From: Candidatus Babeliales bacterium
GTDB taxonomy: Bacteria > Babelota > Babeliae > Babelales > JACPOV01
Direction: 5' to 3'
Length of the DNA: 64,000 nt
NCBI GenBank assembly: GCA_036260945.1
Contig: DATALT010000002.1
Location: forward strand, 722,638-786,637
Below the pieces are notes generated by a model. The model had not been told where the DNA came from and made no database searches. It worked only from the letters and a program-made list of their open reading frames with translations. Position numbers and translations under genes: made by a program. Below are positions 37,646 to 46,777 of this stretch, piece by piece (position 1 is the first letter of the stretch; the number at the start of each line of letters is the position of its first letter).

Positions 37646-38185
37646 GTGAATCATCGTTTTCTTTTACTCGTTTGCATTGCTTTTTATGGGTCGCCCTCAT
37701 TTGCACATGTAGATAAAACTCTTTTAATTGGCCTTGAAGCCAATATTCAAGCAAAAGCAATAGAGCACAAAGTTAATCTCGTTGAACATTGTGATAAATT
37801 TTACAAAAACCTTTCAGAGATTATCGCAACGCATTGCGCGAGCCCAAACGTTGAAAAACCGGAAAACGAGCTTGCCTCGTTCATCATTTGCCGATGTGCA
37901 AGACAATTTTTTCTATTGCTTGATGAGCAGAATAACCGATTCATGGAAATGCAATACAGCAAATTTGCCCAAATAGGCAGCATATTAGAAAGAATGGATG
38001 CGGAATTTAAATTCTATAAAAAAGAAATGGATGCTATCGTTGATGAAATTAATCATGTGAATAAAGCGCCTTCAAAAACACATGCAGAACTTGAAGAACT
38101 AAGTAAAAACTTCAGTGCACTTCTAAAAAAACATGCGTTTCCCGAAGAAGTAATTGAGCATCATACGACGCATGGGCAGAACTAA
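37646..38185 (+). CDS. Hypothetical secreted helical protein
   Basis: GTG 37646 lies 6 nt after AAGGAAGGA and gives (M)NHRFLLLVCIAFYGSPSFA signal peptide. GTG 37622 is an alternative. Confidence 0.5.
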   Translation: MNHRFLLLVCIAFYGSPSFAHVDKTLLIGLEANIQAKAIEHKVNLVEHCDKFYKNLSEIIATHCASPNVEKPENELASFIICRCARQFFLLLDEQNNRFMEMQYSKFAQIGSILERMDAEFKFYKKEMDAIVDEINHVNKAPSKTHAELEELSKNFSALLKKHAFPEEVIEHHTTHGQN

Positions 38186-38261
38186 AAGAGCTCCCAGGCG
38201 ATTATCTCAGAAAAATAAATTTGCAAAATGACACCATTTTGTTTTTAAAAATAATGTTTTA

Positions 38262-38289
38262 TTGCAAAATTGAAATATTTATCTATATA
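38262..38289 (+). promoter_or_regulatory. Candidate sigma-70 promoter upstream of the 677-aa ORF
   Basis: TTGCAA (38262-38267), 16-nt spacer, TATATA (38284-38289). Confidence 0.3.
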
Positions 38290-38343
38290 TTCATAATAAA
38301 TATGAACTAATAATTTTTTGAACTACTCGATGGGTGTTCAATT

Positions 38344-40377
38344 ATGAAAAAAAGAAGTTTATTTTTCTTATGCATTATATCACTTGCAAGCATGGTATTT
38401 CTTCACGCCGTTGAGCAAAAACGTTCTATTCTCATTATTGAAACAGGAAATAATGATCGCATTAATTTTAAAAAAACACTTGATGCGCTAGCAACCGCTG
38501 GATTTGAACCAGTTTTTAAACAGGCGTACAATGTAACCCCATCAGATATTGCTCATCATAATGCAATATGGCTCGTTTTGGATCCGTCTTTTTACAGTGC
38601 AACTGCTCGGGATTTGACTAAACAAAATAGTGTTCAAACGCCAATGCTGCGACATCTCTATATGCTTATTGATCATCTCAAAACAAAAAAAAACAGTCTC
38701 ATTGGTTTAATAATACCCGTTACGGGAAATCCCGTGCTGGTTGCGAGCATAACAGAACAACTGCTTGAAAAATTGCAACTCCTAGAAAATAAAACTCCGG
38801 AAAACCGGCGCTACGTTTCTCACTTTATTAATCACTTTGTCCGTTCCGATGAAAGTAAAAGTCAGCATTATCGCACTGCTCTGCTCGATAAACGCGCACA
38901 GGCACCTTTACAAGCTGGTTCTTCTTACCCTGCCGCTCCGGAACTTTTGGCAGAACTGCTCCCGAAATCGGTCCAAAAAATAGCTCCGCTCAGTCCGCTT
39001 TATCCTTTAGGAATAAAGATACGTAATGAAAAAACGGGCAATACGATTTTTCTGACAAGCATGAATATGATTCAAACAACTGAAATTAAAGAGCCATTTA
39101 AGTTAACACCAATGGATAAAAAACTCAGAACCGCATTGAATGCACAAATCTACAGCACATTAAGGCAAGCTGTGGGTGCCACAAAAAACGAGCCTATTCT
39201 TCAATCACAACATCGAGATTCTCTCGAAGAACGTTTCAAAAGAATTTTGAGTCCTGCTTACCATCGTTTTAAAAACGAGGGAATCGTATGCGCCTGGATG
39301 AATCTTGAACCATACGATGGAAAAGAGCAAGAAGCTGTGGATGATATTTCTAATGCGGGAATTAATCTCATGTGGTTTGAGCTCCTACCCGAAGTCTTTT
39401 TGGCAAACTCTGCAGGCCAAAAAGAAAAAAAACAGGCTTTTCTTGATTCAATAAAGCGGTTCACTCAAGCTATGAAAAAGAGAGAAACCTTAACCAGCAA
39501 ACCATTACCGCTGTTTTTTATGGGTGCCAATTTAACCAGCAATTTGCGCGGCATTCCGCAGCGCGATCCTGCATGCGATATGTATGGCGAGTGTTACGAA
39601 AACATACCGAGTCCATTTGATATTGAACATTTTTGGAAGCCAGAGTTTTTAACCGTGTTTGATAGATTTGTAGATGAATGGGAAAAAAACATTGGCAATG
39701 GCGTACCGCTTGCGGGGGTTTTTCTTGATTTAGAAATGTATCATGCACAAAATCAAACGGGGCAATTTTTGCCAACGATGGATTTTTCAACAACCGCATG
39801 GCGACTCTACACGAAAAAACATCCTCTGGAAAATAATGAATCGGCCGCTACGATTAGCGAGCGCGTTCGTTATTTGCTTAAAACAAATAAAATGGATGAA
39901 TATTTTGCTACATTAAGGCAAGAAGCAACGATAATCGGCTCACTATTGCGCACGCATATTAAAAAAAGATTACCCAACGCACTTATCGGCGCATACAATA
40001 TTAATTTACCTAATAGTTGGTTCTATCAAGGGCTCAGTAAAGGATTAAGCAGTCCCACAGAGCCACTCATTTGTGCAACATTTAATATGGAATTTCGAGA
40101 GCATCAAAAAGAACTGGAAAAACAAGACACCCATCTTATGCATTTGCCCGTTATTCTTCTCTCAAAATTTAAAAAAATTGAAGATTTTGAACTCGTTGGC
40201 CAGATGATGAAAGATCATGATGGTATTTGGCTGAATAAATTTTCTCGGTTGGCGCAAGAACGAGATCCTGAAAATAAAATATGGTACAACCTTGAAACAA
40301 CAAATCTGGAAACTAAAACGGTGGTAGAAAACCTCGCAAAATCACTCGAAGCTGCTCGATCAGAAAATCAAAATTAG
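38344..40377 (+). CDS. Large hypothetical secreted protein (possible glycoside-hydrolase-like TIM barrel in the C-terminal half; weak)
   Basis: 677 aa. Signal peptide MKKRSLFFLCIISLASMVFLHA. The C-terminal half has patterns such as CAWMNLEPYDG, INLMWFELLPE and GVFLDLEMYH, reminiscent of (beta/alpha)8 hydrolase strands ending in acidic residues. Not verified. Confidence 0.65.
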   Translation: MKKRSLFFLCIISLASMVFLHAVEQKRSILIIETGNNDRINFKKTLDALATAGFEPVFKQAYNVTPSDIAHHNAIWLVLDPSFYSATARDLTKQNSVQTPMLRHLYMLIDHLKTKKNSLIGLIIPVTGNPVLVASITEQLLEKLQLLENKTPENRRYVSHFINHFVRSDESKSQHYRTALLDKRAQAPLQAGSSYPAAPELLAELLPKSVQKIAPLSPLYPLGIKIRNEKTGNTIFLTSMNMIQTTEIKEPFKLTPMDKKLRTALNAQIYSTLRQAVGATKNEPILQSQHRDSLEERFKRILSPAYHRFKNEGIVCAWMNLEPYDGKEQEAVDDISNAGINLMWFELLPEVFLANSAGQKEKKQAFLDSIKRFTQAMKKRETLTSKPLPLFFMGANLTSNLRGIPQRDPACDMYGECYENIPSPFDIEHFWKPEFLTVFDRFVDEWEKNIGNGVPLAGVFLDLEMYHAQNQTGQFLPTMDFSTTAWRLYTKKHPLENNESAATISERVRYLLKTNKMDEYFATLRQEATIIGSLLRTHIKKRLPNALIGAYNINLPNSWFYQGLSKGLSSPTEPLICATFNMEFREHQKELEKQDTHLMHLPVILLSKFKKIEDFELVGQMMKDHDGIWLNKFSRLAQERDPENKIWYNLETTNLETKTVVENLAKSLEAARSENQN

Positions 40378-40455
40378 AATACGCAGAACTCTTGCGCACC
40401 AAACTCATTATTAAGTACAGTAACTTCGTTATATTTGGACGACAAGGAGACCATC

Positions 40456-40596
40456 ATGAACACCGAGCGCTGTACGATGAGTACTATAACAGCCAACTCA
40501 ATAAATTTCTTTTTTTCCCATCTTCATTATTTTAGCAGCAGCCCCCAGTGTCGCTCCATTGAAGCTTATTTTTGGCCCGACCGGTCATCAAACTAA
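40456..40596 (+). CDS. Candidate small ORF (46 aa)
   Basis: Below the ORF-track cutoff. AAGGAGA lies 5 nt before ATG 40456. Translation: MNTERCTMSTITANSINFFFSHLHYFSSSPQCRSIEAYFWPDRSSN. Confidence 0.3.
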   Translation: MNTERCTMSTITANSINFFFSHLHYFSSSPQCRSIEAYFWPDRSSN

Positions 40597-40653
40597 TTCG
40601 ATTTTAATTTCTCATTTATTTTTATGTGTACTTCTTCAGAAGGGAGTTTTGCT

Positions 40654-40821
40654 ATGAAGCATAGTAATGGCACGTTATGGATCGTGCTTAAACTGGTTGT
40701 TCTTTTTTTCATTGCTCTTATCGAGCCACTTGCAATAAGAATCAATGCAAAGAATCAACCAGAAAAAGCATTCGAATTTTCTACCGAGCCGGTTACGACC
40801 GTTGCTCAAACAAAGTTTTGA
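40654..40821 (+). CDS. Candidate small single-TM protein (55 aa)
   Basis: AAGGGAG lies 7 nt before ATG 40654. Translation: MKHSNGTLWIVLKLVVLFFIALIEPLAIRI... Its 3' end overlaps the convergent SPFH gene by 29 nt. Confidence 0.35.
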   Translation: MKHSNGTLWIVLKLVVLFFIALIEPLAIRINAKNQPEKAFEFSTEPVTTVAQTKF

Positions 40822-41809
40822 TTGATGCAAAAGAACCCATTAATGAACTGGCTTCATAAGGAACAACCACAAGTTTATCGTTTTTACCTTTGGTCAGCTC
40901 TTGCAACGATTTTATATAATTCATTGCAATTAAATAGGCAAGCGGATCGGATTGTGGCAATTGAGCTGCAATAAGTTGAACCGACTGAACGTCTGCGTTC
41001 ATTAATTTAAGGCGAGCTTCCGCCTCTCCTTGCGCTGCAATCACTGCAGATTGCGCATCCCCTGTTGCCTTCAAAATCGTAGATTCTTGAATTCCTTCAG
41101 CTTCGGTAATAAGCGCTTGCTTCATACCTTCCGCTTCTAAAATCCGAGCACGGCGATCTCGCTCAGCGCGCATCTGCTTTTCCATAGCCTGCCTGATATC
41201 TTCTGGCGGATTAACTTCCTGCAATTCTACTCGGTTTATTTTGACGCCCCATTTATGCGTCGCATCATCGAGAATATGCTGCAGTTTCTCGTTAATTTTA
41301 TCTCGAGAAACAAGTGACTCATCAAGATCAAGCGAACCAACGAGATTACGTAACGTTGTTTGCGTGAGTTTTTCTATCGCTTCAGGCAAATTCATTACGC
41401 CATAAACAGCTAATTCCGGATCGGTGATCTGATAGTAAAGCAACGCACTAATTTCCATCATGACGTTATCTTTTGTAATAACGCTTTGCTTTGGAAAATC
41501 GTATACCGATTCACGCAAATCTATTCGAGTGAAAACGCGCGTAATGCGCACCGGAAAACGACCGCGATCATCAGGAACTAAAAAGCTCCAAAGCACTTCG
41601 CGAGGCTCATCAATAAAAGGGATAAGAATATGCATTCCAGGTCCCAGAATTTTATGGAACTTGCCCAAACGCTCCACAATGACAACTTCAGCTTGTTTGA
41701 CTAAAAACAGCGTTTTAAAAAGAAAAAAAGCGAGTCCTATGATAGAAAAAATGAGAATGAGAAAACCAAAAACTGCAATCTCGCCAGACATGAAATGTTT
41801 TAGAACCAT
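40793..41809 (-). CDS. SPFH/band-7 (stomatin/HflK-C-like) membrane protein
   Basis: N-terminal TM, then AEVVIVERLGKFHKILGPGMHILIPFID, VITKDNVMMEISALLYYQI and a coiled-coil Ala/Glu-rich C-terminus. ATG 41809 is preceded by GAAGGGGA. The open frame continues upstream to 42001. Confidence 0.88.
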   Translation of the reverse strand: MVLKHFMSGEIAVFGFLILIFSIIGLAFFLFKTLFLVKQAEVVIVERLGKFHKILGPGMHILIPFIDEPREVLWSFLVPDDRGRFPVRITRVFTRIDLRESVYDFPKQSVITKDNVMMEISALLYYQITDPELAVYGVMNLPEAIEKLTQTTLRNLVGSLDLDESLVSRDKINEKLQHILDDATHKWGVKINRVELQEVNPPEDIRQAMEKQMRAERDRRARILEAEGMKQALITEAEGIQESTILKATGDAQSAVIAAQGEAEARLKLMNADVQSVQLIAAQLPQSDPLAYLIAMNYIKSLQELTKGKNDKLVVVPYEASSLMGSFASIKTLFEQRS

Positions 41810-42011
41810 GATGATCCCCTTCGGTGTAAAAAAACTATTGGATTTACCGAGGCAATAGGCATTTTTCAGTATAAAGAAACAAAGCAAGAAAGCAATCCGA
41901 GTCATTTTCATATTTTTATAGTTGTGAAAAAAGCGGAATGGGAGAAATACAGCAAAAGAGGTTGGAAACATCGATACTTTTCCACTCAGATTCTCGCACA
42001 AATGCTTTCTG

Positions 42012-42026
42012 GCCGATTAAATCGGC
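42012..42026. promoter_or_regulatory. Perfect 15-bp palindrome in a divergent promoter region
   Basis: GCCGATT-A-AATCGGC between the SPFH gene (-) and the lipoprotein hydrolase gene (+). A further GATCGGC half-site lies ~30 nt downstream. Confidence 0.2.
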
Positions 42027-42099
42027 AAGCAAAACCCTTTGTCCTTTGCTCCTCGATCGGCTAAACTTGAAGTGTGAATATAACTGTAAAGGTGCTTTA

Positions 42100-43092
42100 A
42101 TGAGCAATAAAAACCTTTTATCTACACATCTTCTTATCGCCGCACTTCTTTCACTTTCATTCTCCGGATGTGAAACTAGCAGAGATAAAATGCATCTCAA
42201 AGAAGAACCATCTGCAACGCAAGATGTTATAGCAACAAGTTCAAAAAGTGACGTTATTGATCTGCCTATCGCCCAACCAACCGCACCTCGCATTACTGTT
42301 TGGGTACATGGAACCCATTTCTGGTTCAATAAAATGTTTAAAAGTATGACAGCCCAAGAAGAAGGCGTTTATTTAGCTTCCGATCTACCAAACGACTATC
42401 TTTATAGAAAGTTGATCGTTAATCGACTATGCAAAGCCGCCCCTTGCGAATTTAACCACGAACATTTTTATATTTTAAGTTGGACAGGTGTTTTAAGTTC
42501 TCGTGCAAGAATTAATGCTGCGCGATCTTTGCTGCGAGATTTAAAAAAAATATGTGCAGCTTACCGTGAAAAATATGGGGCACAGCCGGCCATCTGTTTG
42601 ATAACACATAGCCACGGTGGCAACGTAGCGCTCAATTTAGAAGTTGTAAACGATCCACAAGATCCGATTATTATCGACAAATTGGTGATGCTTGCCGTTC
42701 CTGTTCAGGTTGAGACAGCTCAATATGTAAAATCACGTTATTTTAAAAAAATCTATTCGCTCTATTCTACCTACGATATGATTCAGATCGGCGACATGCA
42801 ACGTTTTGGATACCATATCGATGATCCTCAACGTTCAAGCATTCCACTTTTTTCTGGACGCAAATTTGAACCATGCGAAAATCTTTTGCAAGTAAAAGTA
42901 CGATTTGATGGAGTGGGGCCATTCCATCTTTCATTCATATTGTCGACGTTCGTCCTTGCATTGCCAGATATTTTAGCAACGCTCGACCAAGTGCCACTTC
43001 CGATACAAAATTGCGAGCCGATGATTCTGCGGCTGAAGAGAAATAAAATTCCTATTTTATTTTCTGAAGCAGAAACGCCTCGGCGTTTTTAA
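42100..43092 (+). CDS. Lipoprotein alpha/beta-hydrolase (DUF900-like), paralog of 2116..3360
   Basis: ATG 42100 gives MSNKNLLSTHLLIAALLSLSFSGC (lipobox). Motifs: ITVWVHG, LSWTG, LITHSHGGN, LYSTYDMIQ, colinear with the other copy. Confidence 0.7.
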   Translation: MSNKNLLSTHLLIAALLSLSFSGCETSRDKMHLKEEPSATQDVIATSSKSDVIDLPIAQPTAPRITVWVHGTHFWFNKMFKSMTAQEEGVYLASDLPNDYLYRKLIVNRLCKAAPCEFNHEHFYILSWTGVLSSRARINAARSLLRDLKKICAAYREKYGAQPAICLITHSHGGNVALNLEVVNDPQDPIIIDKLVMLAVPVQVETAQYVKSRYFKKIYSLYSTYDMIQIGDMQRFGYHIDDPQRSSIPLFSGRKFEPCENLLQVKVRFDGVGPFHLSFILSTFVLALPDILATLDQVPLPIQNCEPMILRLKRNKIPILFSEAETPRRF

Positions 43093-43979
43093 GCAAATGG
43101 CCGATGTGCACTGAGTTGTTCATCTAATTTTGCAATTCTCGAAAAATAAATACATCGCCAGAAGAAAGGATAATTGGCATAGACAATACGTTTCTCTCTT
43201 AATTTATAAAATTCGCTGCGGCGTAGCATTTCTTTAATTTCTTCTTTTTCCCTTTTTTCCATTTGATTATAGTGGAAATCGCTATTACTGATACGCTCAA
43301 ATAGCTCGATGTATGGCCTAACTTTTTGTTCGTGAAATTTTGCGGCTTTTACAAGATCGCTTTTAAATGAAATTCGCATTGGCACAATGATTAACTGTAG
43401 AGTTTTTTTTCTCTCTATTTCTTCCTTTTGTTGTAATAGAACCTGCGCTCTCCTCGATTCCTCTTTCTCATTCTCAAATCTTTTTTTCTTTTCTTGTTCT
43501 TTCAGCATATCAATTTGAAGATGTTTAATATTCGAGATCATCTTTTCAATGTGTTCCTGCCCAGGTGATGACAGCGAACCCCATTGATCATCTAATCCTT
43601 TCTTCAAACATTCTTGTCCCGTGATGAGTCCCTTCTGATAATTTATCATCGCTGCATTATTGGTAGGCCCAAGTTTGAGAGAATCTATATCTTTTAGAAA
43701 AGAAGGTTCTTTAAAATTCTTTTCAGCTAATGCCGCTCGTATTTCTTGCTGCAGCTCATAAATCCGCACATGTGGCTCTTTTTCTACGACTCTTTTTTTT
43801 CTACTATTATTTGTTTTAGATTCAGAAGTTTTCTTAGGTTCAAGCATTTTTTTACCAAGATCGATAAAACTAAGAACATCATGGTCTAATTCAAATTTTT
43901 CTTCCGTATTAGTTTCCATAGCTTTTAAACTATAGAAATTTAAAACAAGTAAACTAAAAACGATGCTTATTTTTTTCAT
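43089..43979 (-). CDS. Hypothetical secreted coiled-coil protein
   Basis: 296 aa. Signal peptide MKKISIVFSLLVLNFYSLKA/ME. Lys/Glu-rich helical body. 4-nt tail-to-tail overlap with the hydrolase gene. Confidence 0.6.
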   Translation of the reverse strand: MKKISIVFSLLVLNFYSLKAMETNTEEKFELDHDVLSFIDLGKKMLEPKKTSESKTNNSRKKRVVEKEPHVRIYELQQEIRAALAEKNFKEPSFLKDIDSLKLGPTNNAAMINYQKGLITGQECLKKGLDDQWGSLSSPGQEHIEKMISNIKHLQIDMLKEQEKKKRFENEKEESRRAQVLLQQKEEIERKKTLQLIIVPMRISFKSDLVKAAKFHEQKVRPYIELFERISNSDFHYNQMEKREKEEIKEMLRRSEFYKLREKRIVYANYPFFWRCIYFSRIAKLDEQLSAHRPFA

Positions 43980-44036
43980 ATAATTATCCCTCTAAGGGTA
44001 ATTATAGCTCACCTAGGGTACAAAGCCAAATAAGCC

Positions 44037-45902
44037 TTATTTTATAAGCTTTTTTACGCATTGCTCAATTGCAATCGCATTGATCTTTTCAAAATCTAAA
44101 AGTTCTTCAGGTTTTCCCGATCTTGCTAGTTGAGTAACGGCCAAGCATTCAATAGCGATATCTTCATTGCGTAATGCAAAGCACACCGCCTCACCAATAC
44201 CGCCCGAAAGATAATGATCTTCAACGGTAATAATACGCCCACCAGATTTTTTTCCTACTTTTTTAAGCACATCTTCTGCCAATGGTTTCACGCTATAAAG
44301 ATCGATGACCGAAACGTAAACGCCTGTTTTCTTTAAAGCTTCGTACGCTTTTAGCGCTTCAAAAACCGTAATTCCTGCAGCAACAATGCACGCTTGATCG
44401 TTTTCGCTTTGCTTTAAGATTCGGCATCCACCAATTTCGAATTTATCATCTGCTTGATAAATTACCGGCGTTTCTCCGCGTGTTGTTCTTAAATAACTGA
44501 TCGATTCGTGATGGTTTGCCATAAGTTCAACAAGTTTCCAAGTGCTCACCGCATCACATGGATACAAAACAATAGAGCCGGGCAAGCTTCGCATCATCGC
44601 AATATCCTCAAGCGCCATTTGAGAAGGCCCATCTTGACCAATTGAAACGCCGGCATGCGATCCGATGAGCCGTAATGGACAATTTCCTATTGCTGCCATT
44701 CGTAATTGATCAAATGCACGCGTGAAAAAACAACCAAAAGTAGAAACAAACGGCACTGCACCCCGCGTTTGTGCGCCAACCGCCATACCTACCATATTTT
44801 GTTCAGCTATAAAACATTGCACAAATCTATCAGGAAAATCTTTCTCAAAAATCTCTGCAAAAGTTGAGTTTTTTACTTCAGCATCAAAACTCATGATGTT
44901 GTCGTTATGTTTTCCTGCTGCAGCTAACGCTTGTCCGAACGCTTTTCGCGTGGCGATTAATTGTCCTATTGTATATCTAGGTTTTTCCAAATTAATTTTT
45001 TTATTTTCAGAAACGTGCTTAGATTTTTCTGGCAATTGCGGCTTCCAGCTATAGATTGGTTTTTGCACATCACCAGCAAATCTTTTTTTCAATTCATCTA
45101 ATAAACCAAGAAGCTCATCTTTTTTAAACGCTTTTCCGTGAAAACCGTTCTTATTTTCAACTTCGTTAATGCCATATCCCTTGAAGGTGTGCGCAAGAAT
45201 CATAGTTGGTTGGCCATTTGGAATGCGAGACGTATCGCATGCTTTGATAATTTCATCGATAGAATGACCATCGATTTTATGGGTATTCCATCCGAATGCA
45301 CGCCACTTTTTTGCATGCTCTTCTAATTTATCCCCTTCGATTGTTTCTGCAGTTTGCCCCAATCGATTAACATCGATAATACCAATAACATTATCGAGCT
45401 TATAGAAATTTCCCAACTCTGCCGCTTCCCAAACTGATCCTTCTGCTACTTCGGAATCACCCATCAAAACATACGTATAAAAAGAACGGTTTGTTTTTTT
45501 AGCGCGCAATCCCATTCCAAGCCCTATAGAAAGCCCTTGCCCGAGTGAACCCGTGGGTGCATCAACCCATTCAAAACGAGGAACAGGGTGCCCTTCAAGC
45601 TTTGATCCAAAACTGCGCATCATCAGCAATTCTTTTTCGCTCAGAACTCCCAATTCTTTCCAAACCGAATAAAGGAGCGGTGCCGCATGCCCTTTAGATA
45701 AAATGAACCTATCGTTATTCGGATTTGCATGGTTTTTTGGATCGAAATGCATCGCATAAAAAAAGAGTACGGCGACAATATCTGCAGCTGAAAGACAAGA
45801 GGTAGGATGTCCTGAGCCGGCTTGCGTGGTTGCTTGGAGGGAATCGACCCGTAATTGATACGCGGAATGTCGCAAAAATGGTATAAGATCGCTTTTATTC
45901 AT
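44037..45902 (-). CDS. tkt: Transketolase
   Basis: GSGHPTS, the TPP-binding GDSEVAEGSVWEA, and pyrimidine-binding and C-terminal domains. ATG 45902; the track ORF extends to 45950. Confidence 0.93.
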   Translation of the reverse strand: MNKSDLIPFLRHSAYQLRVDSLQATTQAGSGHPTSCLSAADIVAVLFFYAMHFDPKNHANPNNDRFILSKGHAAPLLYSVWKELGVLSEKELLMMRSFGSKLEGHPVPRFEWVDAPTGSLGQGLSIGLGMGLRAKKTNRSFYTYVLMGDSEVAEGSVWEAAELGNFYKLDNVIGIIDVNRLGQTAETIEGDKLEEHAKKWRAFGWNTHKIDGHSIDEIIKACDTSRIPNGQPTMILAHTFKGYGINEVENKNGFHGKAFKKDELLGLLDELKKRFAGDVQKPIYSWKPQLPEKSKHVSENKKINLEKPRYTIGQLIATRKAFGQALAAAGKHNDNIMSFDAEVKNSTFAEIFEKDFPDRFVQCFIAEQNMVGMAVGAQTRGAVPFVSTFGCFFTRAFDQLRMAAIGNCPLRLIGSHAGVSIGQDGPSQMALEDIAMMRSLPGSIVLYPCDAVSTWKLVELMANHHESISYLRTTRGETPVIYQADDKFEIGGCRILKQSENDQACIVAAGITVFEALKAYEALKKTGVYVSVIDLYSVKPLAEDVLKKVGKKSGGRIITVEDHYLSGGIGEAVCFALRNEDIAIECLAVTQLARSGKPEELLDFEKINAIAIEQCVKKLIK

Positions 45903-45991
45903 ACTAAATCCCCAATCGTTCTCTTCATTATGGCAGCGTTTATGATACACTTGGGTAAAGATACACCAACCGCTTACTATCTAAAAGATCT

Positions 45992-46777
45992 ATGTACCCA
46001 ACACTCATTCATATTTACGGTCCAATTTCTATTCACTCGTACGGCGCGATGATTGCGCTTGGGTTAATTATTTTTAGCCTTTTAGCACTCAATGATCCCC
46101 GCCGCGAAAAAATTTTAACGACCGATCTTTTTATAATGCTGCTGATCCGGGGAATTATTGCTGCAATTGTGGGCGGCAAAATTCTTTTTGCGCTCACTAA
46201 TTGGCACCTTTTTGAACATCCTTTTGAGTTTATCGAGTTTTGGCACGGAGGTTTTTCAATTTTGGGAAGCATCCTCAGCGTGATTGCGGTGATTCCTTGG
46301 TATTTAAAAAAATACTCAATTGATAAGTGGCAGTTACTTGATCTAGCAGCTCTTTATGCACCGCTCTTGCAAAGTATTGCGCGCATAGGATGCTTTTTTG
46401 CTGGATGTTGCTTTGGCCTGCCAACCAGATTGTTTGTCGGCATTTCTATTGCCGATGAGTATGGAAACGTATGCATGCGCCATCCATCGCAATTATATAG
46501 TTCTGCGCTTCTGTTTTTTATTTTTCTTTTTCTCTATGCCATTTTGCAAAAACGGGTACGTACACCCGGCGTGCTCGCACTTTGGTACGTAGCGCTTGTA
46601 ACAGCAGAGCGGTTTTTTGTAGATTTCTTTAGAGAAGATCACATTATTGTACCAATGCCCTTTCTTCCTTTTTTTTCAATTAATCAATGGATTGCTCTGA
46701 TTATGTGTCTAACATCGGTTGGATTACTTCTTGCGGGCATGAAGCGAAAGCACTATGAGCCTTTTCAATTTCATTAA
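45992..46777 (+). CDS. lgt: Prolipoprotein diacylglyceryl transferase
   Basis: 261 aa polytopic. GGFSILGS, RIGCFFAGCC and HPSQLYS motifs. Confidence 0.9.
   Translation: MYPTLIHIYGPISIHSYGAMIALGLIIFSLLALNDPRREKILTTDLFIMLLIRGIIAAIVGGKILFALTNWHLFEHPFEFIEFWHGGFSILGSILSVIAVIPWYLKKYSIDKWQLLDLAALYAPLLQSIARIGCFFAGCCFGLPTRLFVGISIADEYGNVCMRHPSQLYSSALLFFIFLFLYAILQKRVRTPGVLALWYVALVTAERFFVDFFREDHIIVPMPFLPFFSINQWIALIMCLTSVGLLLAGMKRKHYEPFQFH

Noticed and set aside
41916-42329. Minus-strand 137-aa ORF overlapping the start of the lipoprotein hydrolase gene
   Set aside because: No SD, and the composition is unremarkable. It overlaps a well-supported gene (lipobox, paralog support) by ~230 nt, so it is judged a chance ORF.
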